Shown: positions 1-11,385 of the stretch, in pieces
How positions within the stretch are numbered: the stretch's first letter is position 1
How the letters are laid out: every line of letters starts with the position of its first letter
NCBI GenBank assembly: GCA_001938485.1
Contig: MQRK01216771.1
Coordinates: 1-52,830 of the forward strand
Direction: 5' to 3'
Source: Girardia tigrina
Taxonomy: Eukaryota
Length of the DNA stretch: 52,830 nt
Translations under genes and position numbers: made by a program
Notes under the pieces: generated by a model
Database searches by the model: none
What the model was told of the DNA's origin: nothing
The model's input: only the letters and a program-made list of their open reading frames with translations

Positions 1-850
1 TTTTAATTTTTAAAAATATTTAACAAGCAAATTAATATAAAAATATTTTACCCTTTAAATTAAAAAATAATAAACTATTCAGGCGAGATAAAAAATTAAA
101 ATTAACCCCTCATAAGTACGTTGAAATGATTTAAGATCCGATTAAAGACCTCAGAATAAAATTTAAAACGCAGACCAGTGTAATTTATTAGTTTTTCTCT
201 TGTAAATCGATGTCGCTAATGTCAATTTCGTTTATTTTATTTTTACCAAATCTCTTATTATTCAACTTTTTATGATAATTAAAAACCCGAGAAAGACGAT
301 TCAAATTTTTTTATTATAACTCAATTGTAATTTTGTTCCCATTGATTTTTTAAAAATTTTGATATTGATCTCGTCTACATTACCTTCGCTACTACAACAA
401 CAATCACAAATATACACACATTAACCACTCATATTCATCTATTTTTCATTTCCCAATTTTATTGGATAGCAACACTCACTTACATTTCATTTACACAACA
501 TTTACATAATTTTTCAGATGCACACATTTACACCTCATTCACAAAAACACACAGAATTTCATTCTCATTTCACAACCGAATCGATATTTCCTCCCTCGTT
601 CGAAACTGTCTACAACTCAAGTGATCATCAAATCACTCTGGTGAAACATTTCATATCCATTAGGACAGAATTCAAAACAAAGCCAACCATTCATCCAATT
701 CATTTAATTATTATGTTTATTTGATTTTTTTATCATTCAATTACTTATTTAAAATTTAATTGTTTACTTATTTTAATTTATTTAAAGTTATTTTTACTTT
801 ATTTTTGTTATTTGGCAAATGTTCGGTCAATTCTTTTACTTTCCACTCCA
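1..850. mobile_element. Right part of an unclassified TGG...CCA element (relative of 22002-23826)
   Basis: Ends GCAAATGTTCGGTCAA...TTCCACTCCA at 850, matching GCAAAAATGTTCGGTCAAA...CTCCGCTCCA at 23826. It also has a similar CA-rich tract and AT-rich subterminal tract. Confidence 0.55.
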
Positions 851-918
851 AATATATTGTTTGATATACTAGTAAATGTAAATATTTTTTGAGTCCCCGT
901 GGCGACACACAGTCAACT

Positions 919-1254
919 TGTTGGGTATTAGAAATCTTTAATATAATTATTTACTTTTTAAATAATTCTTAAATCGTTAATCTGACTCCAATTAATCAGT
1001 AAGGACTTCAAACATAAATATATGAATAATGAACACAAATTCTTTTATGAAACTTTATTTCAAATAACAAATATTAACAAGTCAAAAATAATAATAATAA
1101 TTCAATTCTTAATGACAGAATACAAACACATCAATATTTCGTGCGAGTTAACAGATTACAGTAAAAACTGTGAATCTCCCAAAACGAACAATATTGAATT
1201 TTTTTAAAATAAACCTTTTTCTCCCATACGGGATACTTTTGGTATTGAAGAAGA
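919..1254. repeat. Partial LTR, inverted diverged copy of part of the solo LTR 10245-10918
   Basis: Starts TGTTGG and aligns in reverse complement with about 10560-10918 (e.g. AATCTGACTCCAATTAATCAG, GATTACAGTAAAAACTGTGAATCTCC). Confidence 0.8.
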
Positions 1255-1533
1255 TTCAGCATTTTTACATTGAAGTAATTATTGAACTTACTATTTTTCT
1301 GTCAAAGTTATCAATTTTGCAACTGATTTACGCCCAACATCTCAAAGACTTCGAATATTGTTGGGATTCTGTAAATATAAAAATATAAAATATATAAATG
1401 AGCGTACCCGTTGTTCTAAATAAAAAATTAAGAAAAATAATAAATAAATCAAATAAACAGGACGGATAATCCCATTTTAACCTTCCCTTTGTTTGAGCAG
1501 GTTGCTCAGGGACACGAGGCGGTTAATTGGGAT

Positions 1534-2146
1534 AATAATAATAAAGAAATATATATAAATCTTAGTGAATATTTATTATTTATCATCAGTATTAATTTAA
1601 TATTAAGTTTTAACATTATTTATTTTATCTTTATTTATTTTTTATTATATTATTATTATTATTTCTAAAATTATTGGAATCTAAATTATTATTAATATCA
1701 ATAATATTGATATAAATAATATCTTTATTAATAATATTATTTTTATAATCATTTGTTTAATTATTATTATTATTAGTGTAATTACTATTATAATTATTGT
1801 TAATAATTATTAATTTTATCACTATCATAATTATTTTTATTATATCATTACTAGTATTCTTAGAATTAGTATTATTATATTCCTTATCGGCGAGTTTTTC
1901 CTTCCTCCGCAGGGACCCATTCATTATGAGGGTACTCTTGCTTTGGGAGGAGAAGTTAGCCAAAGGTTTATCTTCATTCAAAAAAAATATTTATTATTAT
2001 TATTATTATATTATTATTATTATTAAAAGTAATATTATTTATGATTATAATTATTATTTGAGTATTATTATTAGTATTAGTATTATTATTATTACTACTA
2101 GTATTATTATTATTATTAAAAGTATTATTATTATTATCTTTATTTA
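1534..2146. repeat. Degenerate (ATT)n low-complexity tract
   Basis: Directly visible ATT/TAT repeats. Confidence 0.85.
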
Positions 2147-3442
2147 AAAAAAAGAACTTATCTATTTAAAAAAAATATTTCAATTAAAAAATGAAAATTG
2201 GAAATTTTGAAATTGGAAAAATCGGTTTCACCAATCAACGTCATTATATCGCCCAAAGGAAAGCATGGGTTTGATTTGAGCGGACAGCTGATTTTTGTTA
2301 TCACATATTTGTGACATGAGCGTTGCGTTGTTCAGCAGTTTTAGCTGTTAAGGGATGGATTCAGGGACATGTTCGTTTCCGAATCATTGTGATGGGAATC
2401 CGCAGTTGGTGGATAATTAGAACAAATAATAATTAAAAATAATTTTAAATATAAAATATTAGTGCCACATATTGGCCGAAATCAATAAAAAATAATAAAT
2501 AATAAAATATAAGAATAAATAATTTTAATAATTGAAATTTTAATATATTATAATATATATATATATATTTTATATAAATAAATTCGGGTATAAATATCCT
2601 CAAAAAATTTAAAATTGGAAGCACAAAAAGATAAAATAAACACAGAAAATAAAAATTAAAACATATAAAGAGCTTCAATCAAGCATCAGAAAACTATTAT
2701 TCAACCTCAATATTTTAGTAAAGAATCTTGTACAAATTTTGTGATTATCAAATATAAAATTGTATAATATTTGTTATTGATCTCAATTGCAATAAATTTA
2801 ACGGTATCAAATATTGAGCTGGGTTCGAGCTACGAACAAGCAACGCAGCCTTCGATCAAAGTTGATTTAACTCAGAATTATATATTTGCTTGAACAGAAT
2901 TATTTCAAACGTCAATTCAATTAATTATACCCAGCATTAAACGTACTAAACCACCAACAATATTTTCTATTTTCCTTCTCCATTCAGGTACACAACGAAC
3001 CTACAATGTAGCGAGAGAGACTATCAGGTGCACAGTATAGAAAAAAAGAGAGCAGAAAAGGAGACAAAGAAAGAGCAGCAGTGTGTGTCAATGATGAAAT
3101 ACTTTAAATTATCGAATGAGTACATGTCAGAAGCTGCAAATAATGATACTGTCAGCTGTGTCAGTGAGACCAAGATGAAACCAAACGACGAAGCTGAGGA
3201 TATTTCCATTGAAAGTAGCAATTAAACCGGAAACAGTACGCAAACTGAAAAGCATCAGAGCATTTCCACGCCCCACTCTGTTACACTGAATGTAAATAAT
3301 TCCCTTAGTCTCAACGATCCGGGCCTGTGGCCAGTGATTTCAGACGCTGTATGAGTTGAAATCATCAAGCAAGGTACCGTTCAAATTACCCGAGATACAT
3401 TTCCTTCTGACAATGGTGGAAGGAAATTTACGACGAAGCATT

Positions 3443-3810
3443 CAGAAATCTTAAACCGGTACTGAGGAGCCCCAAGTTAAGTATAAGGAACAAGAAGAAA
3501 ATTATCCAGACTTGTATCTTCCCTGCAGTGTATTACAGTATTGAAATCTAGAGGACTACAGAGAAGAGCATACAGAAACTATAGGCCTTCAATAACCTAT
3601 GTTCGAGAATGGTTATGGGAGTGAAGAAGACAAAAAGAATTCGGGCGGAACTTATAGACATAGGGCTACCACATCCAATGGATATAATTGCATGTAAAAG
3701 ACTCACTGTTTAATTCTGAGTAAGGAGGGAGGCGGAGATACTGGCTTGCCAGAAGCCGAGTCCGATTGTAAATCAAGACGGTGGAAATGAGAAAGTTGAA
3801 TGAAGAGAAA
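3443..3810 (+). mobile_element. 3' fragment of an RTE-like non-LTR retrotransposon ORF
   Basis: Translation RNLKPVLRSPKLSIRNKKKIIQTCIFPAVYYSIEI*RTT..KL*AFNNLCSRMVMGV..RIR resembles the post-RT region of RTE/RTEX elements. Confidence 0.7.
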
Positions 3811-5889
3811 AGGTTAACCTTTGACAGTTTCTTTTCGTCATATCTCTTTCTGAATTATATTCTATCACATCAGTTATCCAGAATGAATTCGAAAATTTCT
3901 GACGAAATCCTGAAATCTGCCAATCTTAAATTGCCAACCCTGGAAAGTCTTTTCAGTCCTCAGTTCTCCCAGTCGTATCATTTTAGTACAAAAAAAATTC
4001 GATTAAAACAAATAACTTCACAAAAATATTCTAATGCAAACGGAGCTCAAAAGATAAGTTTCTGTCAAACCAGTAAAGATTTATATGCAAAGGGAAGTTA
4101 AACAACAATAAATGAAAGAAATTCAATTAATAACAATTTTCCTTTTATTCCGGATTGAAAAAGAACTTTCAAATTAACCGCTCGGTAAAGATATTTGGCT
4201 TCAATTAAGATTTGAATTGAGCATTATTCCTTGAACAAAATGTGCAATGGAATCTTTACAATATTCTTCGAAATTAATAAAAAAGAACTGATCAATTAAT
4301 TTGCGATACATTTATCATTTGATTCAGTATTCAAAGCATCAATCAAACAGAGTATTTCACTTTCTTTTTCGCAAATTTAATGTTTTACCGATAATTATTC
4401 ACATTGATAATTCGATAATTTAAAAATTAATAGTTTTAAAATTATTTGTTTGTCCTCTCGAATATATCACTATCCCTATGATAAACTAACTTATGTAATA
4501 TGTGAATTTGAATTAATTTCAGTAACATTTTTTTGTCATTGAGCAAAAGTGCCCGGTTGGTACATAAATAAATTCGCCGCATGTATCGGTCAGAAGGCGT
4601 CCTTTACACCTGGTTTCCACATGTGTTCTTTCACTAGCGGCCTACCCCCGCACCCATCACTTGGGTGAACGTTTCCGCCAAGCCCGACACTTTTACTCAC
4701 TGCATTCTTAATAACCGTCACAGATCGATGTCGTATCAACTATCGAGAATAGGTCATATTATACCTTCTTGTTTCATGAAAAAGCGTTAGAATTTTGTCT
4801 TCTGTTGCGTGGTGATGTAATTCTTTTTTGGGGTGCATATTTTTGTAAAGTTTTTTCAATTTCAGTCAGTTATTTTTTATTGTTTTTTGAACTTTAATAA
4901 TAAATGTCAGTTTTTGGTGATAAAAAAATCATTTAAATAATTAAAAAATATAAAAAAAGATTTAAAAAAATTAAATAATAAAAAAAATCAAATATGTATT
5001 ATCAAAAAAAACCACGTTGTAGTGGAGTTGTATTTTGTTAAAGAATTTTTTATTTTGAACTTTCGGCCGTTCTGATTGGCCGGTGAGGGAAATATCGATC
5101 TTCGTTATAAAAAATGTGTGGGAAATTCTTTTTTTATTATATTGTTTAAATCGATCATTTGATATTTTTCGGCACGAATATAATTTTAAAAATTTCGAGA
5201 CGCCATAGTTTTTGAATAATTTTGCAGTGTAATAAAGGTTTCAGGAACCTGGGTTTTGTTTTTTTTTATTTGAAAATAAATTTGTTCGAGAATGTTTATC
5301 AAATGATAAAAGCCAAATTTTAATTACAAAAACATGTGATGGCGAATTTCGGGAGAAAATTGAAAGAAAACTATCGAATATTCGAAATGCGATAGATTTG
5401 GATGATATCGAATGTACATCCTCGGAAACGGAAATGGTAATCAATCGATCTTCGTTATCAGAAATAGAAGAGCAAACAGAGATAAGGAAATATCTGTCGA
5501 AATTGGCGATCTACCTGTACAATGACTACAAATTATTTTCACAACTAATTGTTAAAACGAATTTTTACTGTCTACCCTTTGAAAGTGCCATGAAGAATCT
5601 TGGATACATTAAAAATGTAAGCTTGGTTTCCGGGAGATAGACCAAAACTGGATTCGATGACAACAGAGAACCCAGGAAAGTTTAAAAGATTGTGCAGCTT
5701 ATGTGACAGTGACCTTTCTTTACTCTCTAATGTATGCTCTATATGTTACTGTTGTGGTCCGAAACTCATTTATACCCTACCGACATACGAATTCATTACG
5801 TAACATAAGACACAGAAGAAAAGAAGAGAAGGCGTTAATCCGATGTTTATTTAATAACTATCCACATAGATTAAGATATCAGGTTGCAG

Positions 5890-6620
5890 GTCGATTTCCG
5901 AGATTTTGAAATTGTCCCCGACATCCTCGTAGGCCGACAGAGCATTGAAGATATCACATTGAAGCTGAAACATAACAAAGAAAAAGCAGACAAAGTTGTA
6001 TCAAGACTTACCGATGTAGGAAAATGGACACCCGCCCTTCTCCTGATAGAGCTTCACCAAGAGCAGTAGTGACAATAACCCATTAGAATGTTACATGGCC
6101 CTGGGAAAAATATAAAGCCTGAAGAGGGAAAGTTAATTAGTAATGAGTACAAAAAATAATAAAGTCCCTTACCGAACTTTCCAGTAAGCGTAGAAGGTCA
6201 TCCAACCCTCCCCGAATAGATCTCCGTAAGCTGAATCCCTGACAGGAACCCGTCGGTCGATGACACATTCCTGAGAGAGGATATTGAACCTAAAAGATTG
6301 AAAGAATTAATTAAAATACAGAGAAAATTAATTAAGACTTACATGATTCACTCCAACAAAGCAAAAAATAGTATCACGCGAGGATTAATCGTAAATCATC
6401 GGTGACAAAGAACATCGTGACAAAACAGTCACTGTCTGATTTCAGGCACACTGCCTGACAACAACCCGAATCGACTAATAAGAATTGAAAATTCTCGTCA
6501 TTGACCAATAGGAAACGGCCTCGAAGTAAGACGTACAATTATTAAAAATTGCTGTTATAAATATAACAGTCAATTACAGCAGATTCAGAACTTTTTAGAA
6601 CATTAGTGAGAACTCTTTAA
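5890..6620 (-). repeat. Copy A of an intron-containing dispersed repeat (degenerate small gene plus divergent promoter)
   Basis: Collinear similarity to 19190-19440 plus 21282-21740. On the minus strand there are three short (~50 nt) GTAAG...AG introns. Confidence 0.7.
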
Positions 6621-7603
6621 TACAGAACATTTTAAAGCAACTGTTTAGAACAGTTTTGAGAGAACATTTGAAAATTTGACGCAGAACGAACAAAGACATT
6701 ACGCCATTTTGTGGAATACAATTCTTGGCGAAGACAATCAAACCGAAAGCAGATACCTTTTGCGAATAATATTTGGACTGTTTATACGAGGACGATTTCA
6801 ATATAACCGCAACATTTCCGGAAAAGCCTTAAATGTAATTTTGAATTGTTGCTCTAATATGTGTATTCTATATGAATTTGTGTTTTATATTTTAGGTACA
6901 AATATATAATTAAAATAAATAAATAAATCTTTAGTCCTTTTAGCTACTAAGTAGAGTTTTCGTTGTCGTCGCCCATGCCGAATCTTCCCCAGATACCGAG
7001 TATTGATAATGAACAAACAGTGAAAGATAGAGAAGATCGCGCTCGCCGTTGCGAAGGCGAATGTGCCGCGTCCTCAAAAGATTACTAAGTCAGAGATATG
7101 GTCGCGATTATTCCTCGAATGACTGTCGGCCATAAATAAAACGGTTCAGCCATGGTGTCCGTCTTGATTGTCAAATAAAATTTTGTTCTAAGAAATTAAT
7201 TCTTAATAAGTTTGCTGAGTAAATGCCGACGTTAATAGAGAATCGTTAAACTAAGTGTACCTGTTGTTGATTTAGCTTTAGACAATATTTTATGAACGCA
7301 TTTATGATGATGTTTTTATGGGTATATGCGAGATAGCAACATAAACGATGATGAGTAAAACAATGTTGAGTGAAAGCGGATGATGACGATTGAAATAGTA
7401 AATTGAATCATAATAATAAATGAATAAATAATAATGCTATATTAAATTAATAATTATTTAGACAAATGCATCGCATTCAGGCAAGCACCACATGAGCAAG
7501 GCACGCATGAGCAGGAGAATCATGAACACAAATATAAAGTAATATTAAATAATATTGATATCACACAGAGAATTGACAAGCAGACACATACACAACATGG
7601 AAT

Positions 7604-8473
7604 TAGCGGCGCTGAGCTAGGAGGGTGGCCCACAGCCCGTACTGTCTTGAAACGAACCCATAGGCCCTCCCGGCTTGGCACTGCTAGTCAGATGTCATGT
7701 AAGGAGATGCGTCCGACACCTTCATATGCAGATAAAATAAATTCATAAAGTTACATTGGGTTGTGGTTGACCCTTAATAACCACTGGGGGCTCAGGTGCA
7801 TTCAAGAATGTTATAGCTCAGAAGGGTCGTGACAATACACTGTCAATGAAGACACAAAGATTCGAATTCCAGAACAAGTTATATCAAATTCTTCTTCGGT
7901 GGACGGTAAATTATAATCAAATGTTGAAGAAATAAATTACAGGATGATAGAAGGTTATAATGAGAATTCAAAGACAAGAGGATGGCTAATAAGACATCTG
8001 AATAAGGATCACAGAGTAGACATGAACACAGAGGACGAAAGTCAAATTCAACTGACAACAAGTGCAACAAATGAAGGAAGCAATACAACGGAAGCAGACA
8101 CACCACAAAATATACCAACTACCAATCCTCGTTTAGCGACCGAACCTCCGACTATATCAATGGTTGTGGAGCAAATGATGAATCCCGAAGTTACGCACTT
8201 GATTTTTAGGATCTGTGACTCAACAGTGAGGGGAGAGTTCAAGTGCACCTTTCGCGGCTGTGCTAAGTCCACTAACACAGCCAAAGGGATGTTTAATCAT
8301 GGTACCACAATACATGATTGGTCGTTTGTAACAGGGAAGCCAAAGAGATCTCGGAGACTGAAGCGATCCGATCCCGTAGGAGGCCAATCGGGGGCAGCTA
8401 GCACTCTTTAGTTTGGGTGGAACCTCTAAAGATCCAAGAGGCTCAATACCATTCGAAAGAGATTGGAGGCCCC
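7604..8473 (+). mobile_element. Probable 5' end of a non-LTR retrotransposon: structured 5' UTR plus ORF with C2H2 zinc fingers
   Basis: ORF 7944-8411 has an intact finger, CTFRGC..GMFNHGTTIH, and a decayed one, EGY..KTRGWLIRHLNKDH. It is followed by FGWN..RLN..KR, weakly like the start of an APE endonuclease. A long hairpin lies upstream. Confidence 0.5.
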
Positions 8474-10244
8474 CGACGAAGCATTATCAGCGGAAACTGG
8501 TAAACGGCGATATACTTCCACGTTTATGGTTAGTGAATTCAGAGGGCAAATGCAGTCTTCTGCTTCTGGTGTAAGCTCTTCACTTCCAAAAATCCCACAG
8601 TATTGACCGAAAGTGGGTGTAGGGACTGGAAAAATTTATGGTCGTTAATTTCGAAGCATGAAAACTCCCCGGTTCATATAAAAGCTTACTTATCGTGGAA
8701 AGAATTTGAAATGCGTCTCAAGAAGGAGCAAACTATCGACGCTCATCAGCTGCGTATTCTGAATCAAGAAACAGAACACTGGCAACTCGTGCTTGAAAGA
8801 TTGATTGAACTGACAATTATACTATCAATACAAAATTTGACGTTTAGAGGATCGTCGGACAAACTATTTCCTGCACACAACGGCAATTTTCTAAATTTTG
8901 GGGAGTTTCTTGCAACATTCGACTCAGTAATAATGGAACAAATCCTTTAAGTGCAACAAGGTGGGAAATTCGAGTACACGCAGTTAGACTGCTACGTTAT
9001 CAGCTGGGGAGATCTATGATGCCTTGATGGAGTTGGAAACAGACAGAATCCTGGAAGGGGCTCGTGGTGCTAAGACACGAGCCGATACGAAAGGCTTTGC
9101 GGGTTATCTGCTGACGTTCCAGTTTGTAACTACTGTTATTTTCTGGCTCAATATTCTATTCAACATCAACATTACCAGTAAGCTGCTCCAAGATCCATCA
9201 CTTTGGATATGTGAAACCGGGAATGAACTGGAGAAGACGTTGAAATTTCTGATCAAATACCGATCCGATGAAGGATTCCTGAAGATCATGCGAGAAGCTG
9301 AAGAATTCGCCGAATCCCTACAGAAAACAGCAATATTTTCTTATGAATCACAAGATGAACCAATTGTGGATCCAAAAAAGAAGTTAAAAATTGAGTAATC
9401 TGACACAGTATTAGATGAAATCACAACCTCTGTGGAACAACGCTTCACTTAGATTAAAGAATACATCGATTTTTTTGGTTTCCTTACCTCTTGTAGAGTA
9501 GCCTCAACTGATTTACTGGAGAAATGTATGAAGTTGGAAATGGTATTGACTCAAGGCACCTTGAAAGATATTGAGGAGCAGGATCTTTGCGACGAAATTA
9601 AAGCCATCTCCTACAGGCTCGAAATCGATAAGACTCCAAAAGAGCTACTGGAGTTCTTTTGTGCCAATAAAATGTGTGCTGCCGTTCCTAATCTATTTAC
9701 TGCATTACACATCATGCTATGTAACTTACCATAATACAAACATGAGTGAATTAGACGCTTTATATACGCTTTCTCCTTTTCTTTTTGCTTTTATTGGAAA
9801 GGCGTTTTCTGGTACGTAGCGTAGCTATCGCTACAGGAATCGGGGGCTACAATATGTAAATTTGCCTGGAGCGGCAAAAACCCACGAGCCAGTCCTGCCA
9901 ATACCTGAAAAATTGTCAGACATCGATGATTGGCATTGCATGTGATCACATACCCCTTATGTTAGACATAAAAACAAAAGAATTTTCCACTCACAGAATT
10001 TCTCAAGCGCATCATATGGCAGAGGGTCCCAAAGGTCCGATTTTCCAAAACTCAAATTTGGATTCGGTGGCCATCGGCAAACCCTATGTAACTTTCAGAA
10101 AAGCCGGACAGTTTAGGAAAAAAATTAAATATAAATACCAGATTACATTTTAGAAGTTTCGGAATTATTTTCAAATTTATATTTCGTGACAAACTTTCTA
10201 AACTACTTTAAGAGTTTACTTTGAATAATATATCTGCCAAATTC

Positions 10245-10918
10245 TGTTAGGGTTTCGAAAAATACATATGAACACTTTTGATAAAGTTTTATGTAAAACA
10301 AAAATTTAAATAATTCTTTTGATAAAATTATTAATTTCAAACAAAATAATATTTCGTTTATCAAAATTGGGATTTGAAAATTAAAAATATTTTAGTCTCT
10401 GTTTTATTTTATCAATTTTCAAGGCTGATGAAAATTACTATATAAACAGCAGCAAATTTAGTTTAGTTTGCCCAAAAAATTCTCTCATCAAAAACAAAAG
10501 GAAGCAAGTAAACTCATTATATAGAATTATCTTTATTATTTATTATTCTTTTTAAAATATTCTTCTTTTAAACCATAAGTATCCCATATGGGAGAAAAAT
10601 GTTTAATTTAAATTTAAACATTCGTTCGTTTTGGAGATTCACAGTTTTTACTGTAATCTATTAATTCGTACGAAATATTGTTTTGTGTTTGTGTTCTGTC
10701 ATCAAGAATTGAATTATTATTATTATTTTTGACTTGTTAATTTTTGTTATTTGAAATAAAGTTTTATAAAAGAATTTGTGTTCATTCATATATTTATGTT
10801 GGATGTCCTTTCTGATTAATTGGAGTCAGATTAAAGATTTCAGATTAAAGATTAAAGAATAAAGATTTGTGTTTTTAAAAAGTAAATATTTAAAATTAAA
10901 GATTTTTAATATCCAACA
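10245..10918. mobile_element. Solo LTR (674 bp), probably Gypsy
   Basis: TGTTAGG...TCCAACA termini, flanked by the 4-bp direct repeat ATTC (10241-10244 and 10919-10922). Confidence 0.8.
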
Positions 10919-11385
10919 ATTCTTTTGAGCCAATTATTTAATACGGGAACAAATTTAGAACTGTTCGTGAATCATTATGTATCAGCTAATTAACTTGAAA
11001 ATTATTTGAAGAAAAATGTTTTAGAAGAGCTAAAATCATTCGTTTACGATCTCGGCATTGAAGCAGAAGAATCGTCTACTCGATCTTCCTGGAAGATAAT
11101 CAAATTAAGTAGGACCCTAGGTCATTTTATTTGAGATTTTTTACTATTCTATTAATTTTTAACACTAGATTTACGATGATTGATATTATGCCTATTTTTA
11201 CTGAAGTGAGCCAATATGTAAATCACATTCAAATATGCGAACTTTATGATATAGATGCCCTATAAAATGTAAAATTGTCGTAGAAAAATGTCAAATTATC
11301 ACTATATGAAAAAAGATATTGACAATTATGATATAGCAAGAAGGATTTCTTTGAAATTCATTTGAGGTCATTTATCTTCGATTTA

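Larger units (their letters stand above)
3007..9897 (+). mobile_element. Degenerate hAT DNA transposon (ZMYM1/TTF-zinc-finger type), split by a 5-kb insertion at 3443-8473
   Basis: Translation gives SGAQYRKKR...NDPGLWP...GRKFTTKH up to 3442 and resumes YQRKLVNG..RLWLV..AVFCFWCKLF..GCRDWKNL..KHENS..FRG..HNGNF from 8486. There are multiple stops and frameshifts. A hAT-like right end ...GAGCCAGTCCTG lies at 9897; the left TIR was not found. Confidence 0.85.

Noticed and set aside
1757-2678. I/N/Y/F-rich ORFs
   Set aside because: Translation artefacts of (ATT)n and AT-rich sequence.
4550-4720. Helitron 3' end (GC-rich tract then CTAG on the minus strand)
   Set aside because: No clear hairpin, no 5' TC end and no second copy.
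7604-7765. Canonical HDV-like or hammerhead ribozyme call
   Set aside because: The P1.1 GG and J4/2 catalytic motifs could not be placed, and there is no CUGANGA core. Kept only as an unexplained structure.
919-10918. 10-kb Ginger/Polinton-like element defined by ~335-bp inverted repeats with TGT...ACA ends
   Set aside because: The outer flanks differ (AACT vs ATTC), and the right repeat is part of a self-contained solo LTR with its own ATTC TSD.
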